Under the pieces are notes generated by a model. The model ran no database searches, had not been told where the DNA came from, and saw nothing but the letters and a program-made list of their open reading frames with translations. Both the position numbers and the translations under genes were made by a program. A DNA stretch of 43,277 nt from a virus (Duplodnaviria; Caudoviricetes). Positions 17,924 through 26,501 of this stretch are shown in pieces. Each line of letters begins with the position of its first letter. Positions within the stretch are counted from its first letter, which is position 1. The DNA lies in the IMG/VR virus record IMGVR_UViG_3300033146_003420, positions 1-43,277 of that record, one strand, 5' to 3'.

Positions 17924-18353
17924 TTATTAAATACATTTTTTCTAATTGTAAATCTAGCTTAGCAGGGGTTTTCGCTTTTCTTTCTAGCATTATGTAAAAT
18001 TGCACACTTCTTAATTCTCTATTTTCATATCCAGGAAATTGACCAGTGGCTTTTAATGTAAATGTGGCATCTTTATGGGCACTATCTGTTTTTAATGAAT
18101 GATGTCCGGAGCAAAGGCACATACCGTTTTCAAGGTCAAATTTAGTTGACTGGTGGCTTTTTGAAAAAAGGTGGTGAGAATTTAAATATCCCCCTTTTCC
18201 TTTGTTGCAACCCCACCATTCGCATTTATAATTGGCTCTAGCTTTCACCAATTCTTGCCATAAATCCATACACTCTTGTGCGAATTTATCCTTGCTCTTG
18301 CTCGCTTGCTTAATATATTTTAATTGATTGTCTTTTGAAAGTGGTTCTATCAT
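17859..18353 (-). CDS. NinG/Rap-like HNH nuclease
   Basis: CEWWGC...SHHLFSK...FDLENGMCLCSGHH. Confidence 0.7.
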   Translation of the reverse strand: MIEPLSKDNQLKYIKQASKSKDKFAQECMDLWQELVKARANYKCEWWGCNKGKGGYLNSHHLFSKSHQSTKFDLENGMCLCSGHHSLKTDSAHKDATFTLKATGQFPGYENRELRSVQFYIMLERKAKTPAKLDLQLEKMYLINEAKKYSELLPPEFKKKYEIN

Positions 18354-18354
18354 T

Positions 18355-19395
18355 TTATAAATTATTAGAATTTTTAATTATATAAATTGAAACCTTTGAC
18401 AATAATAACCTTACTTGTTTTAAAACATCATTAGCTTCTTCTGATTTTACTTCAGGTAACGACATTAAAGATAAATCATTTGAAAGTTTTGCTAATTTTT
18501 CTTTGTCTGGTGCAAGTTTTAAATCTCTTGCTTTTTTATCTTCAGCATCTTTTAACTTTTTAGCCTCTTCTTTTGCTTCATCTTCTTTTCTTTTCTTTTC
18601 TGCTTCAATTTCTTTTCTGTCATCTTCAGCTTTTCTTAATTTAGCATTAGCTTCATCAAGCTCTTTTCTTCTTTTATCTGATTCTATTTTAGCTAGCCTG
18701 TTTTTTCTAATATTTTCTTTATTTTTTTTATCTAGTTCAATTTTATCTAGCCTTGCTTTTTCTGCATCTTTTTTTTGTTTTTCTTCAAGTTCTTTTTTTA
18801 ATTTCTCGTTTTCTTTTTCAATTTTTTTTTGTCTTTCTTCTGCTTCAATTCCAGCCTGTTTAATTTTTTCTTCTGCTTCTTTTTCTTTTTTGGCTTTTAC
18901 TTCTTTTACAAGTTTCGAATTTTTTAAAAGCTCCTGGAAGCCTTGTTCACTCATATCTTTAAGATTGTATAGGCTTGCGTCTTCAACGACTTCAGAAAGC
19001 AGTTCCACACGATTTATTAGCCTTTCATTTCTTTTTTGCTCTTCAATAACTTCCGCAAATTTTTCTTGCTTTAATAAATGAGATTCCATTGGTTTTGTTA
19101 AAGCTTCAATTACATTGTAAAAACCTTGTATCGCTTTACCTGTTCTAAGGCTTTCAGCTTTTAGTTCAGCCCTTTTGTTGTTAGCTTCACATCTTAAATT
19201 CTTAATTTCAATTCTTAACTCATTAGCTTTTTTCATTTCTTCAACTTGAGAAATATCTGTTACTTTAATTTTGCTAGCTTTTAATTCAAATTCTTTCGCA
19301 GTTTCGAATATTATTTTAAAATTTTCAAGCAAAAACTCAGCCTGAGTTGGTATAATTTTTTCTTGTTCTATTACTTTTGTTAATTCATTTTTCAT
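18355..19395 (-). CDS. Long coiled-coil protein of the recombination module
   Basis: 346 aa, K/E-rich heptads, downstream of ERF and YqaJ. Confidence 0.7.
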   Translation of the reverse strand: MKNELTKVIEQEKIIPTQAEFLLENFKIIFETAKEFELKASKIKVTDISQVEEMKKANELRIEIKNLRCEANNKRAELKAESLRTGKAIQGFYNVIEALTKPMESHLLKQEKFAEVIEEQKRNERLINRVELLSEVVEDASLYNLKDMSEQGFQELLKNSKLVKEVKAKKEKEAEEKIKQAGIEAEERQKKIEKENEKLKKELEEKQKKDAEKARLDKIELDKKNKENIRKNRLAKIESDKRRKELDEANAKLRKAEDDRKEIEAEKKRKEDEAKEEAKKLKDAEDKKARDLKLAPDKEKLAKLSNDLSLMSLPEVKSEEANDVLKQVRLLLSKVSIYIIKNSNNL

Positions 19396-19399
19396 ATTT

Positions 19400-19693
19400 T
19401 TATTGTTTTACTTGTTTATTTAATATTTTAACCAACCACTTAATTGCCTCACCTTCTGTCTTAAATATATCATCTATTTGAAGATAAGTTACTTCTTCAT
19501 TCTCACGTTTTACTGCGAAATATGTTTTATTGTTAAAATTTTTTTCTTTTAATTTTCTCAAAAACTTAACTTTTTCAATTTTAAAACTACTACAAGTGTT
19601 TGTTAACTTTACATACAACGCATAACATTTTTTATTTTCTTTTAAATTTTTAGTATCCATATTTTTAAAATGAAAGTTTTTTAACTTCTTCAC
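19400..19693 (-). CDS. Hypothetical protein
   Basis: ORF filling the gap between YqaJ and the coiled-coil gene; start uncertain. Confidence 0.55.
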   Translation of the reverse strand: MKKLKNFHFKNMDTKNLKENKKCYALYVKLTNTCSSFKIEKVKFLRKLKEKNFNNKTYFAVKRENEEVTYLQIDDIFKTEGEAIKWLVKILNKQVKQ

Positions 19694-20273
19694 TAATTTT
19701 TTCTAATTTAACTCTTTGATATTCAAGAAATTCATCAATTTCATCTTGAACTTCACCTCTTTTAATCTCAAACCTTAAATACGATTTTACTGTCAAACTG
19801 GGATCGTACATCACGAAGTGCAATATTTCTAATTCATCGTTAACAATAAAATATTGTAAAGCTTGAAATTTATACTCTTTTGGATATTCATTTGACATTG
19901 CAGCTTTGATTTGGTCAGCAGAACTTAAGCATTTAACTTCAATAGCTTCTTTTAAATCTTCTGTAAACCCGTCAGGCGAGATTGCAATACAAGAATTATC
20001 TTCTCTTTCCCATACTACTAATTCTTTATTGAACACTTTGTCTATTTCCTCTTCGCAAAGTGCAATAGCCAAAGGTTCTAAATCGTGACCTCTTTGCATT
20101 TTGTTTTCTCCTTCAGGTCTAGGTACTGCAAGCCTTTCAGCTATCAATTCGTAGTATGTTTTTTTTTCTATTTTACCTCTTAAAATTACAATGTCTTTCA
20201 GCCTAGTACCTGTGATTTTTCCACGCCTAGTTTCTAGCCACTGTTCTTCATTTTTAAATTTGATTATTTTCAT
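19665..20273 (-). CDS. YqaJ / lambda-exonuclease family 5'-3' exonuclease
   Basis: EQWLETRRGKITGT, MQRGHDLEP, ISPDG, IEVKC, YKFQALQ motifs. Confidence 0.9.
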   Translation of the reverse strand: MKIIKFKNEEQWLETRRGKITGTRLKDIVILRGKIEKKTYYELIAERLAVPRPEGENKMQRGHDLEPLAIALCEEEIDKVFNKELVVWEREDNSCIAISPDGFTEDLKEAIEVKCLSSADQIKAAMSNEYPKEYKFQALQYFIVNDELEILHFVMYDPSLTVKSYLRFEIKRGEVQDEIDEFLEYQRVKLEKISEEVKKLSF

Positions 20274-20282
20274 ATTATTTAT

Positions 20283-21026
20283 TTAAACAACTTCACTTTC
20301 TAAAACTTCTTCAACTTTAGAAAATTCAATTTTTAATTTATCTTTAATTAATTTAACTTCTTTGTTTATTTTAAATGTTGCTGGAATACTCTCCCAAATT
20401 AATGCCAAACTTTCAACAGTCTTGCATTCTTTTAAATTCTCTATAAATTTATTTGCCTCTTCTTTAATTTCATTTTCTGCTTTTTCTTTTTTAGCATCAG
20501 TGTCTTCATCTCCAGTCATAATACCAAATGCATTACAAAATGCATACCTTTTAGCAAAAGTAGATGTTGCTGCGAATTTCTGACTTTCTGACATAATTCC
20601 TGTTTTTGTTCCATGTGGAACATCCATTTCACTAGATTCTGAATGACCAGAAATATGTTTGACAATGCAAATAGCTTTTACAGATTTTTCGTTTGTTTCA
20701 ATTTTGGTTGCATAAGAAAATCCGCATTCTCCTATTAATTCTTTAGTTTGATTAACAATAACATCAAGGGGTGCATATTTATAAGCAACTACGCCTGCCT
20801 TAGTTTCTCCTCCTGCCACGCTTTTTTCAATAACTGGACATTTCCCTTGAAATTTTGCCATTGCTTCATCGAATTGTTCTTTGGCAAATTCAGCTTTCAA
20901 CTCTTTACGCATCGCTAACAACCTTTCAATTGTTGCTACATCTACTTTATTATCTAATGCTTTATCGATTAGATTTTCTGCTGATAAAGAATTTTTTGTT
21001 TCAATTTTTTGTATTTCATTCTTCAT
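20283..21026 (-). CDS. erf: ERF-family single-strand annealing protein
   Basis: YKYAPLD, HISGH, SQKFAATSTFAKRYAFCNAFGIMTGDEDTD signature. Confidence 0.9.
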   Translation of the reverse strand: MKNEIQKIETKNSLSAENLIDKALDNKVDVATIERLLAMRKELKAEFAKEQFDEAMAKFQGKCPVIEKSVAGGETKAGVVAYKYAPLDVIVNQTKELIGECGFSYATKIETNEKSVKAICIVKHISGHSESSEMDVPHGTKTGIMSESQKFAATSTFAKRYAFCNAFGIMTGDEDTDAKKEKAENEIKEEANKFIENLKECKTVESLALIWESIPATFKINKEVKLIKDKLKIEFSKVEEVLESEVV

Positions 21027-21422
21027 AATTTTTATTATTTAATATCTAATTAATTTTAACCCTAATGCATAACCTATAGCAAACAATGTTGCTAATTCTA
21101 ATATTCTACTTATAATCCTATAAAAGAATTTTTTAAGGAATTTTTTTGTATTTGTTTTTATTTTATTTTTCATCTTTTTTATCTTTAACTGTTAATTATC
21201 TTGTAGACTAACTGAGTTCATTGTCTTTGAGTTCAGCGTCATAATCTCTTTCAAAATTATCTAATTCGTTTTCTACTTCATATTCATTTAATCCTAAATC
21301 TTCTAAATATTGTGTTAACATATGTTTATTATATTCTTAAATCCAGCTTACCCCCAATGCAACCACATAAAAGTCAATTGAATTCGTTAACAGTATTACC
21401 GAGGAATAAGCCAGAAAATTAA

Positions 21423-21671
21423 TTAAATGTTCATTGTACTTTGTTTAGGTTCTGAGTATAAAGTGTATACAAAGTCTTTACATTTTTTACCCTGTTTGTT
21501 TATATATAGGAAATAATTACCTTCAATTTCCCATTCTTTGTCTTTTTTTATTTTCAAAATTATTTGAGCTAAACAAGTTATATAATTTTGGATGCACCAA
21601 TTTCTTGATATTCTCTTGTGCTTAAGTAGTACACTTTCTACTATTTCTTGTTGTTTTTTTTCATTCGTCAT
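21423..21671 (-). CDS. Small winged-HTH-like hypothetical protein
   Basis: ISRNWCIQNYITCLAQIILKIK..WEI pattern. Confidence 0.5.
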   Translation of the reverse strand: MTNEKKQQEIVESVLLKHKRISRNWCIQNYITCLAQIILKIKKDKEWEIEGNYFLYINKQGKKCKDFVYTLYSEPKQSTMNI

Positions 21672-21676
21672 ATTTT

Positions 21677-21871
21677 TTAAAAATTACAATGATTAGTTAT
21701 AGTTGCCAATAAATGTTCATAGTCTCCAGACTGTGCTTCGTCTAAAACTAATTCAATTTCTTCTTTGTTCCATCCGTCTTTTTTGGCTTGATTTCGGAAT
21801 GCACCTAAAATCGAAAAAGCATTTCCGTCCATACCTAATAAGTTTAGGTTTACTTTTTTTGTATTTTTCAT
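21677..21871 (-). CDS. Small phage protein (GxDGNAF motif)
   Basis: LLGMDGNAFSILG...EAQSGDYEHLL; ATG at 21871 preferred over the track's GTG, which lies inside a hairpin. Confidence 0.7.
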   Translation of the reverse strand: MKNTKKVNLNLLGMDGNAFSILGAFRNQAKKDGWNKEEIELVLDEAQSGDYEHLLATITNHCNF

Positions 21872-21883
21872 TTTTTTGTTCTT

Positions 21884-21952
21884 CACCACAGGGGCGAACG
21901 AGAAGAAATTGAGTTAACTTCTCATCGCACCCCCCCCTGTGGTGACTCAATT
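21884..21952 (-). promoter_or_regulatory. GC-rich leader with two mutually exclusive pairings
   Basis: CACCACAGGGG/CCCCTGTGGTG long stem versus AATTGAGT/ACTCAATT pairing. Confidence 0.5.
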
Positions 21953-21974
21953 ATTTTAATTATTATTATTCTTT

Positions 21975-22151
21975 TTATTGACAAATCCAGACTGTAATTA
22001 ATCGGTATTTATTATCTGTTGGTAAACTGCATCTGCACCTAAAGTTTTTGCATTTATTTTGATTAGCTAAACTGTAGCATTCTCCATAGTGATTTGTTTT
22101 TATCTTTTTTTCAAATCCGCATTCTTTGCATTTGTATTTTTTTAATTTCAT
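21975..22151 (-). CDS. Small Cys-rich protein (58 aa, not in ORF track)
   Basis: MKLKKYKCKECG...TNHYGEC...CKNFRCRC; ATGA-coupled to the upstream ORF. Confidence 0.6.
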   Translation of the reverse strand: MKLKKYKCKECGFEKKIKTNHYGECYSLANQNKCKNFRCRCSLPTDNKYRLITVWICQ

Positions 22152-22435
22152 ATTTTTAAACTTAAATAATGTTTTAATTCTAATATAAAGTATTCCATAT
22201 ACTCTTTTGATTTAAAACATTCTAAATCAATAAACATACCATTTGTTTTTACCCTTTTACCTCTAAATGTATATTCTTCTGTTCCAGTTGGTTTGTAAAT
22301 AAAACATTCTTCTTTTCCAGTTTTATGCCATTTCAATCTGCTTCCATTTTTATAATACCTTAACTTGTAATCTTTTTTAAATTCTAAACCGTTTTTTTTA
22401 AATTTTTCAATTAACTTTTCTTTTAAATTTTTCAT
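22148..22435 (-). CDS. Hypothetical basic protein
   Basis: 95-aa ORF downstream of an early promoter candidate. Confidence 0.6.
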   Translation of the reverse strand: MKNLKEKLIEKFKKNGLEFKKDYKLRYYKNGSRLKWHKTGKEECFIYKPTGTEEYTFRGKRVKTNGMFIDLECFKSKEYMEYFILELKHYLSLKI

Positions 22436-22677
22436 TCTTTTAATTTAGTAAATAAATGTTATTTATTACATTAAATAAATATAAGAATATTATTAATGTT
22501 GTAAATAAAACTATTGTGTCTTTTCTGTTTTCTTTTTCTGTTTTTATTTCTTTAAATGTTTTTTTCATTCTTTTGTATATTTAATTTATTATTGTTTGCT
22601 TCCACCTATCAACTATATTAATCCTTTTTGCTATGACAGGTGGGATTTTATTTTTTACCTTTCTTAACCCTACATTT

Positions 22678-22706
22678 AGTATACTTGTTTTTTTTAAAAA
22701 AAGCAA
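22678..22706 (-). promoter_or_regulatory. Sigma70-type early promoter
   Basis: TTGCTT-N17-TATACT on the - strand, intergenic. Confidence 0.7.
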
Positions 22707-22785
22707 CCCCTTGTATTAAAGCTAATGTTAGCTATTAAAAAAAGTTGTCCACTTAAAACTTTTGAAATAGAAAAAAAATAAAGTT

Positions 22786-23598
22786 TTAAACCCCTATATT
22801 GTAGAACAAAATAGGATCTTTTAGTTCATTAATATTATCTAATAGAAACCGCCAAGCTTTTAAATCGTAATAAGGTGAAGACGGAAATGGAGCCTCTGTT
22901 GTTTCCGGAGTATAATAATCATTCAACCTAGCTGGCAACAATTTAACATTGCCTAAATTAAAAGCACCGACTGAACTCATTCTTTTTCTTTGTTTTTTAA
23001 TGTTCATACCTGCGGATATTGCATATATTTTGTTCTGTTTTCTTTTTAAAGCCCTTACCACTCCTGATGTTATCATTCCTGAACCTATTGACAACACAAG
23101 GTCACCACCTAATAATTCTTCAGGGATAGAAAGTGCCTGTATTTTAGTTTGTTCTACGCTTTCAGGAACTGTTAAACCAAGTGGCATAGGTATTATGTTG
23201 TTTGTTTTCATATAGTTTTTAGCTTGAGAATACAGAACTGCAGTTCTACCGCCTTTCATTGGCATAATTTTATGACCTAGTTTTACCACTTCTTTTTGAA
23301 TATCTGGAGTTTTATTTTTATAACCAATAAGTTGGGGGTAGAAATTAGTTATTTCTATACCCCCTAATTCGTTTGCTATTGCCGCACATCCCCATCCTGA
23401 TTTACTTACCCTTGTGTCAAAAACTCCTATTTTTTTAGCACCTTCTTTTTTCATCCTGTTTATTACAATATACACTCCACGCAATTTCGCGAGAGGGGGA
23501 GCTGGTTTGTTGCAGCTCAAATCCTCTCTTTTTACATGTACAGTTCTTCCTAAAACTTCATATTTTTCTATTGGTGTAAATTCGTTTATAATTTTCAT
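22786..23598 (-). CDS. Fold-type II PLP-dependent enzyme (ACC deaminase / D-cysteine desulfhydrase-like)
   Basis: TPI...VKREDL...AKLRG (Schiff-base Lys), SKSGWG, SIGSGMITSG phosphate loop, PYYDLKAW, ILFYNIG. Confidence 0.85.
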   Translation of the reverse strand: MKIINEFTPIEKYEVLGRTVHVKREDLSCNKPAPPLAKLRGVYIVINRMKKEGAKKIGVFDTRVSKSGWGCAAIANELGGIEITNFYPQLIGYKNKTPDIQKEVVKLGHKIMPMKGGRTAVLYSQAKNYMKTNNIIPMPLGLTVPESVEQTKIQALSIPEELLGGDLVLSIGSGMITSGVVRALKRKQNKIYAISAGMNIKKQRKRMSSVGAFNLGNVKLLPARLNDYYTPETTEAPFPSSPYYDLKAWRFLLDNINELKDPILFYNIGV

Positions 23599-23599
23599 A

Positions 23600-24895
23600 T
23601 TAATCTTCTCTTTTATATTTGTATATTAAATGATTGTTTTCGTCTTTTCCTGAAACTACTAAATTTTTGAAGAATTGAGCTGGATTATTTGGATTTTTAG
23701 GATTGTCCCAGATGTATGCAGCTTTTTCCATGAAAGTTTTATGATCGTATTTAAGGTGACCTTCAGTGCTTCCAAGATTTAACCAAGGGCTAATTTTTTG
23801 ATTCATAAATATTTTTTCGTGTTCTTTCATATTTCCATACATTTCGTCAAAAGTTACTTGACCGTTTTCCATAGCCAAGAATAAAGCCCTGCTAGAATTT
23901 GTAGATAAATAATTGTCAAATCCAGGATAACCCAAAGGCAAACCGCAACAAATAGGAGAGTCACCATAATCTCTTAAAGAATTATCTGCAGCATAAAATT
24001 CTAATCCAAGTTTATGTGCTTTAGCTTTGAATTTTTTCAAAATAGGCAATTTGTAACTATCTCTTAATTCTGAATCAGTACCAGTCATTACAGCTTTCCA
24101 CTTATAAAATTTAAGAACATCGAATCCAACCGCTTTGCTGATTTCATTAATACCTTTCAAAACTTCAGGGGTTTTAAAATTAGATAATTTCATAAATTCT
24201 ATTGTAACTGCACTAGCCCCCATTTCTTTAATTGTTTCAAGGTATGAATCAGTGTTTTTTTCGCAAAATTTAGGTATAAAAGGTTGACACCTAACAACCA
24301 CCCTGTGAGTATTAGACATAGCTTTTATTAATTGCAATCTCCCATTAATTTTAGTTCCTGGTTCAATTTTTTCTATAGCAGGGTCTACAGATATTAAGCT
24401 AATCTGAATTACCATGTTCTTGTTAGCCTTCATAGCTTCAAGGTATTCAGGGTTGTTCCACAACCAGTCCCCCTTTGTGCTCATAATAACAGGGTATTGG
24501 TGTTTAGCTAAAAGCCTTAAAGTCTTCAGGCTAACCTTTTCTTCGTTGCATTTTTCAAAATTTGAAAACGGATCAGAAATACCTCCCCAATGTAAAGGCA
24601 TTCTTAATTTTATCAACCCTTTGTAAATCTTCATTATTTCACCATCTTTTTCGTTTGGCTCTTCGTTAAATGCTCTTTCTAGTACATTGTAGTTGATGGT
24701 TTTAGCTTCATCATCAAAAAACTTTTTCCCCTTTGTTGAACAGTTTAAAAGGTAGTTGAAATAACTAAAACAATATTTACATTTGTGTGTGCACCCTTGA
24801 TATGTGTCGAGGCTGAACGGAAATGAACAATAAAAATATTGCCCATTACACCTTAACCCCATATAAGTTTTTTTACTCTTTGTTTTCTTCTCCAT
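23600..24895 (-). CDS. Radical SAM enzyme, spore-photoproduct-lyase-like
   Basis: LDTYQGCTHKCKYCFS (CxxxCxxC), GGISDPF, STKG, RCQPFIP, plus an extra ICCG. Confidence 0.9.
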   Translation of the reverse strand: MEKKTKSKKTYMGLRCNGQYFYCSFPFSLDTYQGCTHKCKYCFSYFNYLLNCSTKGKKFFDDEAKTINYNVLERAFNEEPNEKDGEIMKIYKGLIKLRMPLHWGGISDPFSNFEKCNEEKVSLKTLRLLAKHQYPVIMSTKGDWLWNNPEYLEAMKANKNMVIQISLISVDPAIEKIEPGTKINGRLQLIKAMSNTHRVVVRCQPFIPKFCEKNTDSYLETIKEMGASAVTIEFMKLSNFKTPEVLKGINEISKAVGFDVLKFYKWKAVMTGTDSELRDSYKLPILKKFKAKAHKLGLEFYAADNSLRDYGDSPICCGLPLGYPGFDNYLSTNSSRALFLAMENGQVTFDEMYGNMKEHEKIFMNQKISPWLNLGSTEGHLKYDHKTFMEKAAYIWDNPKNPNNPAQFFKNLVVSGKDENNHLIYKYKRED

Positions 24896-25730
24896 ATTTT
24901 TTTATAAAATTAATTAATGATTTATTAAATTTTTCACTTTTATCAAAAGGACTTCCTGTGTTTTCAAAATAGAATTTTTTGATTTCATTGTAAACCTCTT
25001 CTTTGTCAAAATACAACTTTAAAACATAAACTTTAGCATCTTTATATTCGTTTACCCCCTCGCCTTGAGCACTTTCTTCATCAAAATTTTTGTCAAATAC
25101 AGTTTCTTTGTTGTAAGCAGACATTTCTTTCACATCCTGAATTATGTCTTTGTCAAGCCCTGCAGCTTCAAGTGTTTTATCTAGTTCTTTTAATTTTAAT
25201 TCTTCACCGCTCATAGCTAATTCATCTATAATAGACTGCATAGTTTTTTTCTCACCGAATTCTACAATACCTTCAAAAAATGAAGCTTGTTCACCTGAAT
25301 CTTCTACCATTTCTTTTAACTTTTCCCTAGTGTATTCACCAGCTGAAAAATTATCAGATAAGGCATATCTAATCCTTTCTTCATAGCTCCAAGCCTCAAC
25401 TAAACTAATCCACACCCATTGATAATTATCATCCTTTTTAGCTAGTTCTTTAAATATCTTATACCTTTGGTTACCTCCAAGTATTTCACCGTCTGGAGTA
25501 GAAATTAGAGGCTTGTATATACCTAGAGTTTTAATTTGTTCCTCTAATCTTTGGCTATTTTTCTTGTCAATAATACGAGGGTTTTTTGGCCAAAGCCTTA
25601 GCCAATCAAGCCTAGCATAGATTTTGCCATCTCTTTGGCAAACATTTCCAATGTCTTGACCTTGGACTGGTTTGTCTTTTTCAAAAGATTCGATTTGACC
25701 TTGGACTGTTGTTTGATTTTTATTTTCCAT
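24873..25730 (-). CDS. ParB/Srx N-terminal domain protein
   Basis: WPKNPRII...LEEQIKTLGIYKPLI...EILGGNQRY...SDN; acidic C-terminal region. Confidence 0.85.
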   Translation of the reverse strand: MENKNQTTVQGQIESFEKDKPVQGQDIGNVCQRDGKIYARLDWLRLWPKNPRIIDKKNSQRLEEQIKTLGIYKPLISTPDGEILGGNQRYKIFKELAKKDDNYQWVWISLVEAWSYEERIRYALSDNFSAGEYTREKLKEMVEDSGEQASFFEGIVEFGEKKTMQSIIDELAMSGEELKLKELDKTLEAAGLDKDIIQDVKEMSAYNKETVFDKNFDEESAQGEGVNEYKDAKVYVLKLYFDKEEVYNEIKKFYFENTGSPFDKSEKFNKSLINFIKKYGEENKE

Positions 25731-25738
25731 AAATTTAT

Positions 25739-25972
25739 TTATTTATTATTTAATAATTCCCTACAATCTCTTCTTGATTTTAAGAGATTAAAATGTTCTT
25801 TTTTTAATTGATTTAATTCGACAATTAAATCAAATTCTTTTTTGTCAACACTTTTTATTATCGGTATTTCCTTTTTTTCTATTGCATATTGAGCAACATT
25901 AAAGCCCAATAAGAATATTATAACTGAAGGAAGCATAATAAAAAATGCCAGCATTGATAATTTTCCAAACAT
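25739..25972 (-). CDS. Small membrane-anchored protein
   Basis: N-terminal hydrophobic helix. Confidence 0.6.
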   Translation of the reverse strand: MFGKLSMLAFFIMLPSVIIFLLGFNVAQYAIEKKEIPIIKSVDKKEFDLIVELNQLKKEHFNLLKSRRDCRELLNNK

Positions 25973-25981
25973 ATTTTTTTA

Positions 25982-26497
25982 TTAAAACGAAAGAGAATCA
26001 AGGCTTTCTTTTTCAGGGGTTTTACCCATCAAAGCACTTACCTTTTCTAATTCGCGATTTTTAAATTTATCTTCGACCTTTTTTAATTTACCACTTTTTA
26101 ACAATACTAACCTTTGTTCACCAAGCCTGATTAAATTTCCTAAACCTCCATTTGTTGCTACATAGTATTTTGAATTTATCTTTTTTTTCCATATATTCAA
26201 ACAAAGTTCAAGAACTCTTTTTGAAGAATAAACTGCTTTGCTAACTTTTGGAATTTCTTTTTTTTCTTCGTAAACTGGTGGTCTTTTGTCCGGATACAAT
26301 TTATAATATTCTTCAATCGGAATCATTTTGGCAATATCGTTGAAGTCGAATATTCCCACATTTAAAATTTGGAATTTCTTTTTATTTGTACAGGAAAGCC
26401 TCATAATATTTTCTACTTGCTGTGTAGTGACTCTTACTTCAGCCCTGTCTTTAAAGATTATTACTTGATTTTTTACATCTGTTTGTAGTTCATTCAT
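25982..26497 (-). CDS. Hypothetical protein following the replication initiator
   Basis: 171-aa ORF in the usual helicase-loader position; no motif recognised. Confidence 0.6.
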   Translation of the reverse strand: MNELQTDVKNQVIIFKDRAEVRVTTQQVENIMRLSCTNKKKFQILNVGIFDFNDIAKMIPIEEYYKLYPDKRPPVYEEKKEIPKVSKAVYSSKRVLELCLNIWKKKINSKYYVATNGGLGNLIRLGEQRLVLLKSGKLKKVEDKFKNRELEKVSALMGKTPEKESLDSLSF

Positions 26498-26501
26498 ATT
26501 T

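Noticed and set aside
18503-19081. 192-aa + strand ORF and similar antisense ORFs (e.g. 29931-30449, 34442-34915, 37860-38306)
   Set aside because: S/F/L-rich shadows of K/E-rich genes on the opposite strand.
22786-23598. Auxiliary metabolic ACC deaminase or cysteine synthase
   Set aside because: Short, divergent from canonical active-site motifs, and coupled to radical SAM and ParB genes. Only the fold-level call is supported.
24873-25730. ParABS plasmid partition system
   Set aside because: No ParA ATPase and no clear HTH after the ParB domain; the gene is coupled to enzymes instead.
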